Source: Felis catus (lineage: Eukaryota). From it: DNA of 64,000 nucleotides. Positions 48,451-59,998 of this stretch are shown piece by piece. Both the position numbers and the translations under genes were made by a program. The notes below the pieces were generated by a model. It was not told the DNA's origin. It did no database searches and saw only the letters and a list, made by a program, of their open reading frames with translations. The DNA lies in the NCBI RefSeq assembly GCF_018350175.1, contig NC_058370.1:15438001-15502000 (forward strand). The letters are read 5' to 3'. How positions within the stretch are numbered: the stretch's first letter is position 1; the number at the start of each line of letters is the position of its first letter.

Positions 48451-51249
48451 CTATTATCCCTCTTGTTAAAAGTGAGGAAATGGAGGCTCAGAGAGGGGGC
48501 GTGGCTCTACGTAGGTAAGAGAGCTCATAAACTGAGCCGACATTCAAACCCAAGACACCTCACTCCAAAACCCAGATAACGATTTCCGAAGAAAAAGATA
48601 AGAATGAAATACGTGGTGGAGTGAGGAGGTCAGGAAAAGGGCTTAAGACGTTTTACTTTGTTCCCGCAGGCAGCTTGGTTTCCCTTCCAAGTGCCAGAAT
48701 GTTTGGCTTCTCCTGAGTCAGGCCCCCTCACGTCATAGCTGGGCTCTCTCCACCCGGCTCCTCCCACCTCCCACGGAGAGAAGGCCCTCCCTACCTACTC
48801 TCCTGAAATGGAAAATGCAGGTAGCCTGAGGTGTTAGGGCGCTGAATAGCTGGAGTCTGACGTCATTCCTGGAGCCCGGAGCTTGCCTCTGGGAAACCCC
48901 CGTGGGCCTGCGGGACAGCCTATTGCACTTTCCTTTTCACCTGTAGGAGTTCAGCTCTTGATCTCCCACCTTTCAAAACTTGGGAAATGGGGCACCATCC
49001 CGTGTCTTAATTTGGATACAACAAGGAAACCAAGAGCTGGGGAAAACCACAGTAACTCCCTTGGCCAACCTCCTTGGCCCATTTTGAGAATCTGACCACA
49101 GGAAGCCTGGAGTAGAAGAATGAACTTTGAATTCAGACCACAAAGCCTGAACTAGGGCCCCAATGACCTGCCATGTGACCTTGGGTGAGTCCCATGCTGG
49201 GTCTTAGTATCCCAAACTACAAAATGAAAGAGGAGCGTTGGACTCCAACTTCCAAATGCAGTCCATGGCCTTGTGCCATCTGAATCACCTGAGGAACATA
49301 TTACATTGTCAGATTTCCAGGCCTTGTTGGAAGCCAAAATCTGAATCTCTAGAAGCGGAATACAGAAATCTGGATATTTAAAGAGCTCCCCAAGTGATTC
49401 AGAGATAGCCAACATTTGGTAATTACAGAACAAAATGATCTGTAATTGACCTCAAACCAAATCCTCCTTCTAACAGAAAATTGCTCTGTGACCTTGCCGT
49501 GTCCATGACTCTCTTTAGGCCTCAAGGTTTTTTTCCATCTGTAATCTGAAGGATTTGGACTAGAATAGCTGATCTCCAAGGGCCTTTCCCACGCTTTGTG
49601 GTTCCAAACTTATGAATGAAATTTTAAACTTTAGGTCAGAGACTGAATGACAAACAGCCACGAGCTGGGACAAACTGTCCTCTGGGTTGAGAGAAAAGGA
49701 GTGCCTCTGGTTACTTAGTCACTTACGTCACTTCCCGCTGAACTCCCACTGTGGGTTTGCAAGGTCGACTCTTATTGGGATCACTTTCCTGATCGATCCC
49801 CATAAATCCCTTGGGAAATGTCCTCATACAGGTCTGTGGACTTTGAGCCCTGCTTGTAGTTAAATCCTGGCTCTACTACTATCTTGCTGGATGACCTTGG
49901 AAAAAGGACTTCATTTCTCTGAGTCTCAGTTAGTTTCCTTCTCTATAAAAATGGCGATGAGACTAGTACCCGTGTCATGGGCTGTCCTGAGAGTCAAATA
50001 TGTGCTCACCCCACTACCAGATATGCAGTCAGCGTTATGTAAACGTTAGCAATATTAATTATTGTTATTATTTCTTCCCTTGGAATGCAGGAGTGGTAAC
50101 ACCTGGTCTCTCAGATTTATGGCAAAGATCTAAGTAAATGTCAGATACAGTGAGCCCGGTGCCTGGCACATAGTAGGAGCTCAGTAAATGCAGTGCCTTC
50201 TTTTCCTAATCCCACCCACCTGCAAGGTTCTCCAACTCGCTCCCTTTTTCCCTTCGCCCTTCCCTAGGCTGCCAGCTCACGTGATCCCTTTCTGGGGAAT
50301 GCTTGATGAAAACACTTTAGGAGAGACACGTGGCTCGGGGACAGGTTATGCAACTCTGCGCTCACACTTTTCGGAAATTCCATGTGGGAGGTTGCATTTG
50401 GCTGCCTGTCCTCCGCATGGACTCTGGCCAGTGATTTCCCCTCTCGGGAGAGAAACTGGAGAGAAAGAACTCATCATTGTCTGTTTTCTCCTCCCGACTA
50501 AGAACCTTTTGTTACCCAGAGTGTCTTCAAGGCCGTGTGTGTCTCTGCGGAACATTTGCTGAGTTACCTACTATGTGCCAGACACTTACACGATCTCATT
50601 TGATTTTTATGTAACTTCTAAAACAAACTTATAAATTGTAGCTACAATTAATAGTCCCAGTTAACAGATGAGGAACCAGAGGCTCAGAGGAAGGACACCA
50701 TTTACCCAAGGCCACACTGCCAGTGAATAGTAAAGCTGGAACTCCGCCCCAGGCCAACCTGACTCTACATGCTACCTCTTCCCAATGCACAGTAGAACAT
50801 GCACTTGGACATTACTGTTTACACAGGGTTTTCACCTACATGATCTTCCTACCGTCCCAACAGCCCTAGGGAGGTAGGTATAAACATTTTCCCCATTTTA
50901 CAGATGAAGAAACAGGCTCAGAGGAAGAAGCCCACTGGTCAGTGCTCTTCTGCAAATCCTCTAGGGAGGATGGATGCTGCCAGGGATTCCGGCAGGTGGC
51001 TGGGCCTCCGAGGGCATTGTTTCTCTTGCACAAAGAACTCATTTCCAGGGGTTGGTTGCCAGGTCTAAGGTACCCTGGGAGGAAGAAGAGAAGTGAGATT
51101 TTCTGAAACAGTGGCTGCACTCCTCAAGTTTTCTGACCCCCACCATGTATGATACTCTCTGCCCCTCCCTAAAAATTATTCCTTGCTCTGACTTGAAGAA
51201 TTCAGGGTTTTATTTTAAGAAGAAAAGCTGTTTTCTTCGCCTTCCTTTT

Positions 51250-51720
51250 CATCATTCATGCATTCAATCAGTCATTTGATAAATATTCACTGACCACTTC
51301 CTATGTGGTCAGCAGGAACTGAATAAAGTAAATGAAGAGAAAAACTCTGACCTCGTAGACTTTGTAGTCTCATGGAAGACACAGACAATAAACAAGGACA
51401 AACCAACAATCTAACACTCAACATTAAATAGTGAGAAGGGCTATGAAGGAAAATGGGGGTAAGGAGGGAGAGAACAATGGAGGAGGGAGGGTGAGAGGGA
51501 TTACTTCAGAAATGGCAGTCAGCAAAGACCTCCCCAAAGAGGTGGCATTGAAGCAGAGGTGTGATGGAAGTGAAGGATGGAGCCAACCGGATATCCGGAA
51601 AGAACATTCCAGAGAGATGGAACTCAAATACAAAGCCCTGAGGCAGCAATGAGATTGGCATATTCCCCGAATAGCAAGGCCAGTGTGGCAAGAACAGGGA
51701 GCGGTGGAGGCCATGGCCAT
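51250..51720 (-). mobile_element. L2 LINE fragment
   Basis: ttcatgcattcaatcagtcatttgataaatattcactga reverse L2 3' end followed by typical L2 body. Confidence 0.6.
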
Positions 51721-53628
51721 CCACTCTCGTCTGAGAACTTCCAGCTTACAATTCATTATCGCCTTACAACACCCCTGGGAGCTGTGGGGAGTTGGCAGGT
51801 GGGGGAAGGTAGGAGGGATGGGAAGAGGAAAGCAGATTCATTCATTCACTCATGCAACAAATATTTATTGAGTGCTCACTACATTGTGGGCACTGGGCTG
51901 GCCTCTGGTATAAGAAACAGACATAGTCCCTCCCCTTGGGGAGCTTCTGATCGAGCAGGGGAGATACACAACAAAGCCAGAAGAAAAGAAAAGGGAAAAT
52001 AAAAGAGAAAAGGAAAGAAAAAAGGAAAGAAAAGAATCGTAGAAATAGAAGTTGTGAATGCTGTGAAGGAAGCAATGTAAAAGAAGTTGGGCAGAAAGAG
52101 TTTGGCCTCAGGGGAAGGTCTCTCTGAGGAAGTGGTGTGAAAGTATAGACTCGAAAGATGAGTAGAGTTACCCAGGGCAAGGATGTGCCGGCAAAGGAGA
52201 CCATGTTTGTAACAGCCCTGTCATCACATGAGGATTCTCCTTTACTGGGGAGGAAACAGACCGATGATGGGGGTGAACTGCCCACGTCCTAAGTCAAATT
52301 GCCCGTGACGTTTGCTTTTGCTGTTTGCAAAGAGCAGAGTCTGATTTCTGTGGCATCTAGAAAATAGTTGCACTATCTTCACCTTGACCAGATGGTGGGT
52401 GGAGGCTGGGCGACAGGGCCTCAAAGGGACAGGGAAAGTTGGGAAGAACAGGAGAACTCAGCTGAATGTTGGTAAGGGAGGTGGGGGGGGGGGGTTCAAA
52501 GCATCCCACTCTGTATGCTGCACTCCAATCCCAGGGCTGAGGAATGTGAGTCCCATGGTGCTATCCCTCCCACAGGTAAGGGCTCAGATGATGGTCTCTG
52601 TCAAGGACGCAGAGGAAATAGGGTATATGGAAGGAGCCCAGGGCTGGAAACCAAGGGATCTGGGTATAGATGAAGCTTTGTAACCTCGCTGAGCTGAGCT
52701 GTATTTCCTCAACTGTAAACTGGTTGTAATAACACCAGCCCTGGCTACCCTCTGGGATGATTTGGAGTATATAAATGCAATGACTTAGATAAAATTTCAG
52801 AAGAACCGCCTAGCACTCTGTGAATGGTTGGGATTGGTATTATCTGTGCTTTTCTCTAGCTATCAGAGTAGGGGGACTGAATGGGAAGCACAAGCTTGTA
52901 TGCAGGAGGTTCTCAGGGACAAATCTCTTAATCTCTTTTCCAGCATCTTCCTCTCTGCTCCTTTGGGGACAGGACACTTCAAAATGTTTTTATGAGGAAA
53001 ACAGGAATCAGAGGTATAAACTCAGTGAGACAACATAGTGAGACTGGATCAGAGAAATCTGATTTAAAGCCTGTATTAGTCAGCTGTTGCTGCATAACAA
53101 CTACTCCCCACCCCCCCACCCCCTGCCCCCACCGATCTCAGTGCTGCAAACAGCAACAACATGTATTTCTCAGTCCTGGGTTTGAAGGTCAGCTGAGGCA
53201 GCGTTGTTACAGTTTTGTTACCATTTCTCTCTGAGGCTGTTTTCTCATCTGTAAAATAGAAGAAACACTACTAACTTTACACGGTCAAGGTGAGGGTGAT
53301 GTTCAACACTTCCTTCTAGCTAAAGATACTCTCTGCTCTTATAAGGTAGGTTATGTTCACCCTTGAGGTCAGCTAGTAATCTAAGAAGCAAGTTTGACCT
53401 AAAAACTCTCACTCTGGGAGACAATGAAGGCCCTTGGCTAAGCCAATCAGACTGACTGTCTCCCAGATTCAAACCAGAAAGAGAACAAGTCAGTCAGAGA
53501 GAGAGAGGCACCCATCCAGGAAGAAGAGACACCCTCAAATAAAGACCACCCAGGCTTCAAGAGCTGGAGATAAGCTGACCAGGCCCTGGAGTCACCTCAG
53601 TTTTTGATGTCTTCCTTTCTGTATTTAG

Positions 53629-53690
53629 CCTTCCTATATCCTTCTAATAAGGATCAAGCCCTTCCTATATCCTTCTAATAAGGGTCAAGC
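53629..53690. repeat. 2 x 31-bp tandem duplication (one mismatch)
   Basis: ccttcctatatccttctaataagg[a/g]tcaagc repeated. Confidence 0.9.
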
Positions 53691-55445
53691 CCTTTTTCCT
53701 TAAGGAGTCTGGGATGAGACTTTGCAATTGCGGGAGCTGCACATGCACAGAGAAGATGCCTGTAAAGTTGCCAGCCCAGAGCTTGGCATATAATAGATCC
53801 TTAGCCACTGGTGGCTACTGTTCACTAATCAGGGATCTGCTTAAGAGCAAGGGCAGTGTCTCATTCACTGGGAGTTTTCAAAAAGCCTCTCACATAGAAG
53901 ATGTTCATCAAATGTTTACTGGATACGTGAGCAAATGAGTGAATGTCTGTGTCTAAGCCTCTAAGGACAGACATCCAAATGGCATTCATTCATTTATCTA
54001 TACAGCAAACATTTACTGAACATTGACTTGTGCCAAGATCTTGGGCAAGATGCTAAGGATACATCCATGAACATGACAATGTCCCTACTCTCATGGAGCT
54101 TACATCTGGTGGGGGAAAAGACGATAAACAAGTAAGAGGATACATACATAATGTCAGGTGGGGAAAGTGTTAAGACAAAAAATAAAGCAAAGCAAGGAGA
54201 AAGTGATTGGAGGGGGTGGGACTATTTTTAGAATTCTTCACCATACCTCCAGTAGGTGCTGACTCACTGTGTGGCCCTTGGTTTGCTTGCCTTACAATGG
54301 GGGTGCTGTTGGAGCGAACGGTCCGGGAGGGCCCCTCCTTACCTAGTGTTCCCAGTTTCTGTGGTTATGCAAGGCAGTGGCTGGACATTCCACGGCCTCT
54401 GGAAACTCCAGGCTGTCATTATCGGGAACTGGAGAGAGATTTGCATGGAGTGAGGAAGACCAAAGAGGGTTGGCACCATTCTGGGAGAGACACCCCCACG
54501 CCCACTCTCTCAGCTGTTCTGAAAATAGTGACATGATTACCTGTTATTTACTTTGTGTGAGGAGCTTTTGGAGAGAAAGCTCCCCAACTCAGGACTCTTA
54601 GAGGGAGACGTCTGTGATCATAGAAATGGATATCATTTATGCACTGGGTGTTGTGCTTAAGCACCCTCCTCTCAACATGTGTGGCTCCCAAGTTACTAAA
54701 GAGAAACTGAGGCATAGAATAGTTAAGTGTCTTGTCTCCATCACACAGCCAGGATGATAGCCCAGATCTCTCTGACCCTGAAGCCCGTGCCCATTAATCT
54801 CCAACATAAGAGGGAAAGGGATGTTTGCCCAAGGAGACAGATGGAGTGACAGGGGTCTCAGAGGAAGGAGAGAGGAGAGCTAGAAGGAGAAGGTGAGGAG
54901 GTTTTGAGAAGCCTTCCAGGAGAGGAGGCATTTGAGCTGGGCCATTAAGGGCAGAATTAGTTGTAGTTTCTTGGGCCGGTCACCTCTGGATGCTCCAGGT
55001 ATGCACTTAGCCTGGGTTACGTCCAGCCTAGGAGGCCTAAGAAAAGGGGGAGGGGCAGCTTCACCCCAGTTGTAGGCCAGATCTCTGCTCCGTTTTGAGC
55101 CACCTGCTCCCTGTTGACTTCCCGAATCCCTTCTCTTTGCTTGAAAGGAAGCTGGTGGGAGGATCCGTATATGGCCCATGCCACCCCCGGACTCCTTCCA
55201 CCTCAGGGGTAGAAAATGAGCAGGTGGCATAATGTGGGGCAGGCATGGACTTGGTGCCCAGTGCTTCACCTCATTTCATCCTCCCCATTGCCCCAAAGAG
55301 GTAGGTCTTGGGACACAGGTCCCCATGTCACTGAGGAGCAAAATGACTTTCAAACTTTCCTCCAACTGGCAAGTGTTGGAAACAGGATTTTAATCAAGAA
55401 CTTCCAGCCCTAAAACCCTTGTGGATTGTGTTTACTTGGTTATCA

Positions 55446-55489
55446 TTTTGTTTTGTTTTGTTTTGTTTTGTTTTGTTTTGTTTTGTTTT
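55446..55489. repeat. (TTTTG)n microsatellite
   Basis: Directly visible. Confidence 0.9.
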
Positions 55490-56158
55490 ACTTCAGTCCC
55501 ATGTAGGGAATTGGGGACTTCGGTTAAATTCACCAAACCTTTGACTAGTACATTTTGTTTTGTGGGAGCCAGAGAAGAACCCATTGAGATGTTTTAAAGG
55601 GCCTCAGGATGTGTTCAAATTGTTTTTAACCTCTTGGTGGGTCAGGAAGAGAGAACCTGAAGTTTCTTACCCCAGAAATTTGCATAGAGACACAAACCCT
55701 ATGACAGTAGTAACCATCCATGCTCCCCCTTGTCCCCAATCCACAAAGCACAGGTTAAAGCCCCCACAAATCTACAAATAACTACATTCAAATGTGTTTC
55801 ATGACTTCAGAGAGATTCTTAGAACTTGGAGGAAGTGAAATAATTCCTTCATTTCAGAAGGTTAGGATAGCTTTATAGAAGAGCTTCTGTTGTCTAAACA
55901 GGCACTACTCAATCTTTTTTGTTAGCGTGCTCTCCAAATGATTGTTGAAAACTATGTACTTCCTGGCACGTTTTTTAGTTGAGAGCTAATCTTTTTCATC
56001 CAAAGTTTAAAGAGTTGCAAAGGTTCTAATTTTTGACATATTGTAAATTCATGTACTCAGAAATAAATGTCTATGTCATTCTTTTAAGTGTATCCAGTTG
56101 AATGAAATACCCTAGCAATTTGATACCTATAATTATCTGTTAAAAAAATACGTGAACA

Positions 56159-57465
56159 GGGGCATCTGGCTGATTTAGTGGGTAAAGCATGTGATTCTTG
56201 ATCTTGGAGTCGTGAGTCTGAGCCCCATGTTGGATATAAACAAACAAACAAACAAACAAACATGAATAGGCTCTTCTCTAATGGAAATTTTACATCACTT
56301 TTTTTCTATTCAAACTCACATTTCCATTCCATGTTTCAGAACATAAAAATTTTACAGTACGGGGCACCTGGGTGGCTCAGTGGGTTAAGCATTGGACTCT
56401 TGATTTTGGTTCAGGTCATGATCTCGCCATTTGTGAGATCAAGCCCCAAGATAGGCTCTGTGCTGATGTGTAGAGCCTGCTTGGGATTCTCTCCCTCCAT
56501 CTCTGTCTCTCTCTCTCTCTCTCTCTCTGTCCTCCCTTGCTCTCTCTCTCTCTCTCTCTCTCTCAAAATAAATAAACTTAAAAAAAATTTTGCCATCAAT
56601 TTTTTTTTTTTAGTAGGCTCCTTGCCCAACATGGGGCTTGAACTCATGACCCTGAGATTAAAAATCACATGCTCTATAGACTGAGCCAGCCAGGCGCCCC
56701 ACCATAATGTTCTTTTTTTTTTTTTTAATGATTAAATAGCTTATTAATAGCTCTATCATATTTCCCTGCCAAAAAATATATATATGTAAATTGGATCATT
56801 ATTTTACCTCCTATGACCATAAGACTAGGTATTAAAAATTTATATCATGGGGCGCCTGGGTGGCGCAGTCGGTTAAGCGTCCGACTTCAGCCAGGTCACG
56901 ATCTCGCGGTCCGTGAGTTCGAGCCCCGCGTCAGGCTCTGGGCTGATGGCTCGGAGCCTGGCGCCTGTTTCCGATTCTGTGTCTCCCTCTCTCTCTGCCC
57001 CTCCCGCGTTCATGCTCTGTCTCTCTCTGTCCCAAAGATAAAAATAAAAACGCTGAAAAAAAAATTTAAAAAAATTTATATCATTACAATTATCATAAGG
57101 ATGCATTTGATTGGGATGCTGGATGGCTCAGTCTTGATCTCAGGATCCCAAATTCAAGCCCTGCTTTGGGCTCTGCACTGGGTGTGGAGCCTACTTAAAA
57201 TTTAAAAAAATTCAATTGATCAAAACAATGTAAATATATTCCAATTTTTTAAAGTCCTAAAAATGGGGCACCTGGCTGGCTCAGTTGGTCGAGCATCTGG
57301 CTCTTGATCTCAGCTCAGGTCATAATCTTTGTTTGTGGGTTTGAGCTCAGCATCAAGCTCTGCACGGGGCCTACCTGGGATTCTGTCTCTCCCTCACTGC
57401 CCCTCCCCTGCTTTCTCTCTCTCTGTCTGTCTCTCTCTCTCTCAAAATAAATCAACTTAAAAAGG
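56159..57465. mobile_element. Cluster of about six Can-SINEs (56159-56260+, 56361-56590+, 56600-56700-, 56848-57070+ young SINEC_Fc with TSD aaaaatttatatcat, 57112-57210+, 57264-57465+)
   Basis: Repeated tRNA-like heads ggggcrcctggstggctcag, (CT)n tracts and A tails. Confidence 0.9.
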
Positions 57466-57748
57466 GAGATATATACCCCACCCAAAAAAGAAAAAAGTCC
57501 CAAAAATATTTGTAACCGTTTGATTAAAATATAACTGAAATAAAATAAATTACACATAAAGTGTGCAATTTGACATATGTACACACTTGTGAAACCAGTT
57601 CTACAAACTATGATAAATAATTATTAAACAGGGGCAACGTTTCCTTACCAAATAGTCACGTGTCCCTAGATGAATATTGCATGTGCTAAAGTGAGATAGG
57701 TTTTAGCAATAATTTTATTCCTACTTTAATTTTTGTATAGCTGTCAAG

Positions 57749-58175
57749 CAGTGGTGTGCCAAAGCTAGTTTGTACTGGTTCAATGTTTAGGAATTTTGTG
57801 GGTGGTTTAGGCATCCACAAAGGCTAGGCACCGTTGGTAACATGACCATTACTACAAATTAAATTATATAAACTCACAATTATATAAACTATATTAAAAA
57901 CAAAGGAAATATGGACTCAAAACTCATCATTTCCTAATTATTTCACTGCCTTTTATTGTTATCTATGCCCTTGATATTATTTGCACCTATTATTTTGCAC
58001 TCTGTGGTACAAGAATTGCTCATCTCTAACCAGCGCTATGTTTAGTGACGTCACATTGGGAGCTTGAAATCCGCTCTGGTGGGAGTATTTATACCACAGA
58101 AATTGGCAAATGGTACAGATTAGCGCTTCCTGCTTTCCCCAACTTATTGTTGAACACTTACCAGCACACTACCGG
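57749..58175 (+). mobile_element. MER63-like hAT transposon
   Basis: Termini cagtggtgtgc...accagcacactaccg; internal gtgacgtcacattgggagcttgaaatc...ggagtatttatacc. Confidence 0.75.
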
Positions 58176-58889
58176 CTGTAAGAAGTTGCTGGGAATGAAA
58201 GGAGTTTTGTTATAGTGATGTGTTGACAGATAACCAAAATCGCATAGTGATCTATCATCAAAAATTATTTTTAATGATCTATGTACTGACAATTAGATTA
58301 GGCCCTCCTTCAATTGTGTGGAAAGCAAAGATTGCAAAACCCATCTGACTTGCAAAAGGATTTCTTATTCTGACATGAAATTCACTCATTTGCTCAGTTT
58401 ATTTCTCAATCCTAAGGAAGGGTAATGAGAGTAGCTGGAAAAAATTGCTTATCTTTAAATCCGTGGGGAAAAATATGATCGGCATTTGAAGCTTGCTTGA
58501 CCGCCAAGGATCTCTGCCCTACATGAGATTTTCATCCTTTGATAATAATTAAGGGAGGAAAGAGGAGAAATCACTCCCAACTCTCTACTCCACGAAGTAT
58601 ATGAATTCACAGTATCCCAACAGAAGCCAAAACACCCTGGTTATGAAGCCATGCTTCTGCCCTAGAAAGCTACATAGAGAAATCAACCAGGGCAAGAGAT
58701 AAATCTAGGTACCTTTGGTAATTTGATTGATTATCATAGGATGCTTCCCTCTAATAGTTCCAACAGTATCTGCAGTATCTGTACTTGGGGTCTGTACTTG
58801 GGGGCCCGAGAGGATTTGCACACCCAACCCTACCCTCCCTTCTTGGGAGGATACAGGGGTAAGGCAGACACATAACTTTACAACTTTTA

Positions 58890-59078
58890 TTATTATTTTT
58901 TTTAAGTTTGTTTATTTATTTTAAGGGGAGAGGGAGAGAGAGAGAAAATAAATCCCAAGCTGGCTCTGCACTGTCAGTGCAGAGCCTGACACGGGGCTGA
59001 ACTCACGAACTGGGAAAGCATGATCTGAGCGGAGACCAAGAGTGGGGCATTTAACTAATTTAGCCACCCAGGCGCCCC
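58890..59078 (-). mobile_element. Can-SINE
   Basis: Reverse head gccacccaggcgcccc, T-rich tail on + strand. Confidence 0.85.
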
Positions 59079-59184
59079 GCAACTTTCTTTTAAAAAGGGT
59101 GGAAGTAGATCTGAGGCAGACTTGCAGACTAGTTCTCAGATCAAACTTTTTTGAAATTCAAAATCAGGAAAACGAATCCTTTAA

Positions 59185-59512
59185 AACAGGTCAGCCATCC
59201 TCAAGCCAAAAAGTTTGCCCATCGGTTGTTTTTGTTCAGCTTGCTGCTAAGAATGGTTTTTACATTTTAGAATTGTTGGGGAAAAAAATCAAAACAAGAA
59301 TGATATTTCGTGACACGTGAAAATTATATGAAATACAAATTTCACTGTTCCATAAATAGTATTTTATTAGAACACAGCCACTCTCTTTCTTGCAAGTATT
59401 TGTAGCTGATTTTGAGCTACTGTGTTAGATAGAGTTGGAGCATGACACAAGACCGAATGGCCCGCAAAGACTAAAACATTTAGCTCTTTACAGAAAAATT
59501 GTGCTGACCCCT
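59185..59512 (+). mobile_element. MER58B-like DNA transposon
   Basis: gctaagaatggtttttacatttt...atttcgtgacacgtgaaaattatatgaaa...tttacagaaaaattgtgctgacccc. Confidence 0.7.
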
Positions 59513-59739
59513 TAAGGCTACGCAAGTCCACGTCCCATTTGGAATGTCTTCCTCATCCTCGGAAGGGAGTGTACCCGGTTCAAGGAGCGCGGGTCTAAAC
59601 TGAAGACCCTGGGCAAGTCCTTCCCATCGAAGGTCTCAGTTTCCCCCAAGTATGAAATGGGGTTAGACACAGTGATCTCTGGGAGCCTGTCTGGGGGGAA
59701 AGCAAAGAAATAAAGGGGACAGGAACTCGGGGTAGATCG

Positions 59740-59929
59740 GGAGCCGGTCCCTCGGGGTTTCCAGCCGCGTGGGCGGGCCCAGCGCCCCGAGGCCCAGCTT
59801 TCGCAGGGGAATTCCGGGCGGGGTGCGGCGGCGGGGCGGGGCCGGGGGCGGGGCCGGCCACCGCCTATAAGAGGGGCCGCGCGCCCGGCCGGACCACTTG
59901 CCTGCGCGCCCTCTGCGGACCGCCGTGCC
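59740..59929 (+). promoter_or_regulatory. SDC4: SDC4 promoter: NF-kB site, GC boxes, TATA box
   Basis: GGGGAATTCC at 59806-59815, kB-like CGGGGTTTCC at 59753-59762, tandem GGGGCGGGG boxes, TATAAGA at 59866-59872, CpG island extending to about 60450. Confidence 0.88.
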
Positions 59930-59998
59930 ATGGCCTCCGCCCGCCTGCTCGCGCTGCTACTGCTCCTCGTGGGCGTCCCCGCCGCTGCCCCCGAGTCG
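59930..59998 (+). CDS. SDC4: Syndecan-4 exon 1 (signal peptide); rest of gene lies beyond the window
   Basis: gccATGG Kozak; MASARLLALLLLLVGVPAAAPES resembles the SDC4 signal peptide (recalled human MAPARLFALLLFFVGGVAES); TCG|GTAGGT donor; expected syntenic position; not in ORF track. Confidence 0.92.
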
